Assembly (NCBI RefSeq): GCF_009834535.1
Contig: NC_045697.1
Coordinates: forward strand, 51,958,001-52,022,000
Direction: 5' to 3'
Source: Camelus ferus
Taxonomy: Eukaryota
Length of the DNA stretch: 64,000 bases
Below the pieces are notes generated by a model. The model ran no database searches. It had not been told where the DNA came from and saw only the letters and a program-made list of their open reading frames with translations. Made by a program: the position numbers and the translations under genes. Below, piece by piece: positions 62,055 through 64,000 of this stretch; within the stretch, counting starts at the first letter, position 1, and each line of letters starts with the position of its first letter.

Positions 62055-62660
62055 GCACCTGCACTCCTTAAGTGTGAGCTACACATAGTGATTTCTTTCC
62101 AAAGAGTACAGTATGAAAAGAAGAGTAGGGAGGGCAACTTTACAAAGAGACAATGACAGGTGACCAAGGTCAACAGCAATAGTGAACAAATATGTTGATA
62201 GTATGTACCCCTGATATGAGACGATGGAAATGGCATTTTACCTTTGCAGTCTTCTCCCCGAACTCAGTCTACTCATGAGAAAAACATCAGTTAAATCCCG
62301 ACAGAAGTCCATCTGCAAAATACCTGACCAGGACTTCTCAAATCTGTCAAGGCTAGCCAGGCCAAGGAAAGTTTAAGAAACTGTCACAGCCAGGAGGAGT
62401 CTCAGAAGACAACTGAACATAATGTAGTATCCTGGATGGGATGCTGGAGCAGAAAAAAGTTATCTAGTAAACTAAGGAAGTTTGAATTATAGACATTAGT
62501 CAGTATGTTTATTGGTTTATTAATTGTTGAACATGTACCATATTAATGTAAGATGTTAATAATAGGGGAAACTGGGTGCAGGGTATATGAGAACTCTGTG
62601 TTATTTCACAAGTTTTCTGTAAATCAGTAACTTTTAAGAGATCAAATTTACTTTAAAAAT
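62055..62660 (+). mobile_element. L1MC3/4-like 3' end
   Basis: CTCCTTAAGTGTGAGCTACACATAGTGATTTCTTTCCAAAGAGTACAG...GATGTTAATAATAGGGGAAACTGGG...TTTTCTGTAAATC. Confidence 0.75.
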
Positions 62661-62687
62661 CAGTAGAAAGAAATCACTCACTATATA

Positions 62688-63180
62688 AATCAGGATAACT
62701 GAAACTACTTGAGATACTTCAATTAGAAAAACTTAATATCAAGAATTGGTTACACAAGTGATGGAAGAGCTAAGAAACCAAACAGAAAAGAGGTGAAAGC
62801 TGCTGCCCCTCCAGGTGCTGGAGGGTCAGGGGGTGGCGTCAGTGGGCTCTGGTGCTGGCCATCCTGGAGAAGCTGAAACAGCAGTGAGGCTGGAGCTGGG
62901 GCCACAAAGCGAAGGACGAGCTGGTGGACAGCCGGAGCCACGAGGGGGATGCAGATGGTACAGAAAATGCCACAAGCAGCAGAAAGAAAAGAGAAGTGAT
63001 TTTCTGGCTTCTTCTGTCCTTCCATTTTCTAATCTTCTGCCAGGGCCTCTTGTTGACCTAACCGATTAGAAGCCAGAAGGACATGGAAGCCTGGGGACTG
63101 GTTACTTGAAGTAGAGAACAGAGGAAGGGAAGGGCCAAAATGGATCTGAGAGCAAAGAGGCATCTAACAAACACTACCAC
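62688..63180 (-). mobile_element. Old ERVL-type LTR (LTR67B/LTR79-like)
   Basis: AAGAATTGGTTACACAAGTGATGGAAGAGC...AGAAGCCAGAAGGACATGGAAGCCTGGGGA...AATGGATCTGAGAGCAAA; family assignment uncertain. Confidence 0.5.
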
Positions 63181-63491
63181 ATTTCTTTTAATTGCATCTT
63201 TTTACATTATACTGAAAATGAGAAGATTGATTTTTGTAAATTCTATAATCTTTGTTTCTTTGGTTCTGTGTGGGAAGAAGAAAACCATGTTTATTTACTC
63301 TAAGGGATGTTAATTAGTGTCTAGTAATTCCTGTCATCTTTACTTCCTCCCTTCTCACTTCTTACTCACATTTTCAAAATTGTATTGTTTCCCCTCTTTT
63401 AGTATTTGGAATTAGCTTCTATCTTCATGAGCAGTTTTGCTCCAAATGCTGTATCTCCTTGAATCAACTGTGAAACTTTTTCAAATTAGTT

Positions 63492-63614
63492 CTTTTTTTT
63501 AATTGAGGTATAGTCAGTTTACAATGTTGTGTCAATTTCTGGTGTACAGCATAATGTCATACTTGGATGTGCATATATTCATTTTCATATTCTTCTTCAC
63601 CGTAAGCTACTACA
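63492..63614 (-). mobile_element. Very short young L1 3' end
   Basis: Poly(T) + AATTGAGGTATAGTCAGTTTACAATG...; perfect 11-bp TSD TCAAATTAGTT at 63481-63491 and 63615-63625. Confidence 0.85.
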
Positions 63615-64000
63615 TCAAATTAGTTTTAATCACAGTCATGTTCTTATTGTGGAAGATGATGTCAAAAGATGTATGAACCTCCTAGAAGAATTTTTTAAAA
63701 AACGTTATTCTTTTGCTCTTTCATTGAAATAGAGAAAAGTAGAGGACCTCTTAGTGAATCAGAGACCAGTTGAATATTATGAATTTTCCAGAATGGACAA
63801 ACATATTGAGTGTCTGGGAGGAAGCACGTTGTGAGAGGGAGTATGGCCATGGTGTCAGTGGGTGGGGCACTTCCGGAAGAAAGAACGCTGTGCATAAAGT
63901 TTCCTTGAGGCCTTGTGTAAAGCTAGGTTAATAGTTGTTCCAGATGTTCCCATTTTGCCGAACTTTGAGCTTTCATTAAGACTGAGAAAATACCACTACC

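Noticed and set aside
52000..64000. A second gene upstream of NPFFR2
   Set aside because: The ORFs are short, fall mostly in repeats and show no recognisable protein similarity or exon structure.

Overview
This is mammalian genomic DNA, very probably camelid: it carries two Vic-1-type tRNA-derived SINEs and no Alu, B1, BovA/BovB or PRE-1 elements that I could see. It holds the 5' part of NPFFR2 (neuropeptide FF receptor 2, a class A GPCR) on the minus strand. A CpG-rich first exon/promoter lies at ~51.1-51.7 kb (donor after 51407), followed by a ~47.5 kb intron 1 and the first coding exon at 3952-3618 (ATG 3945; N-terminus, TM1, TM2). The downstream exons are outside the window. The rest is mostly transposon fossils: L1 of several ages, HAL1, L2, MIR, MaLR/ERVL/ERV1 LTRs, a decayed ERVL provirus, and MER3/MER5 DNA elements. 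Nearly all other ORFs in the track are spurious or L1 fragments. I found no prokaryote-style novel system, CRISPR array or RNA gene. The most notable points are: (i) exon 1 is a dead homologue of the N-terminal extension of the human 522-aa isoform; (ii) two TSD-bounded L1 3' transductions; (iii) two twin-priming L1 inversions; (iv) a sense-oriented solo LTR with CCAAT/GAS motifs nested in an internally deleted L1 upstream of the coding exon; (v) a one-sided strand bias of the better-preserved insertions. Repeat family names and human-protein comparisons come from memory of consensus sequences, and repeat boundaries are approximate unless a TSD is quoted.
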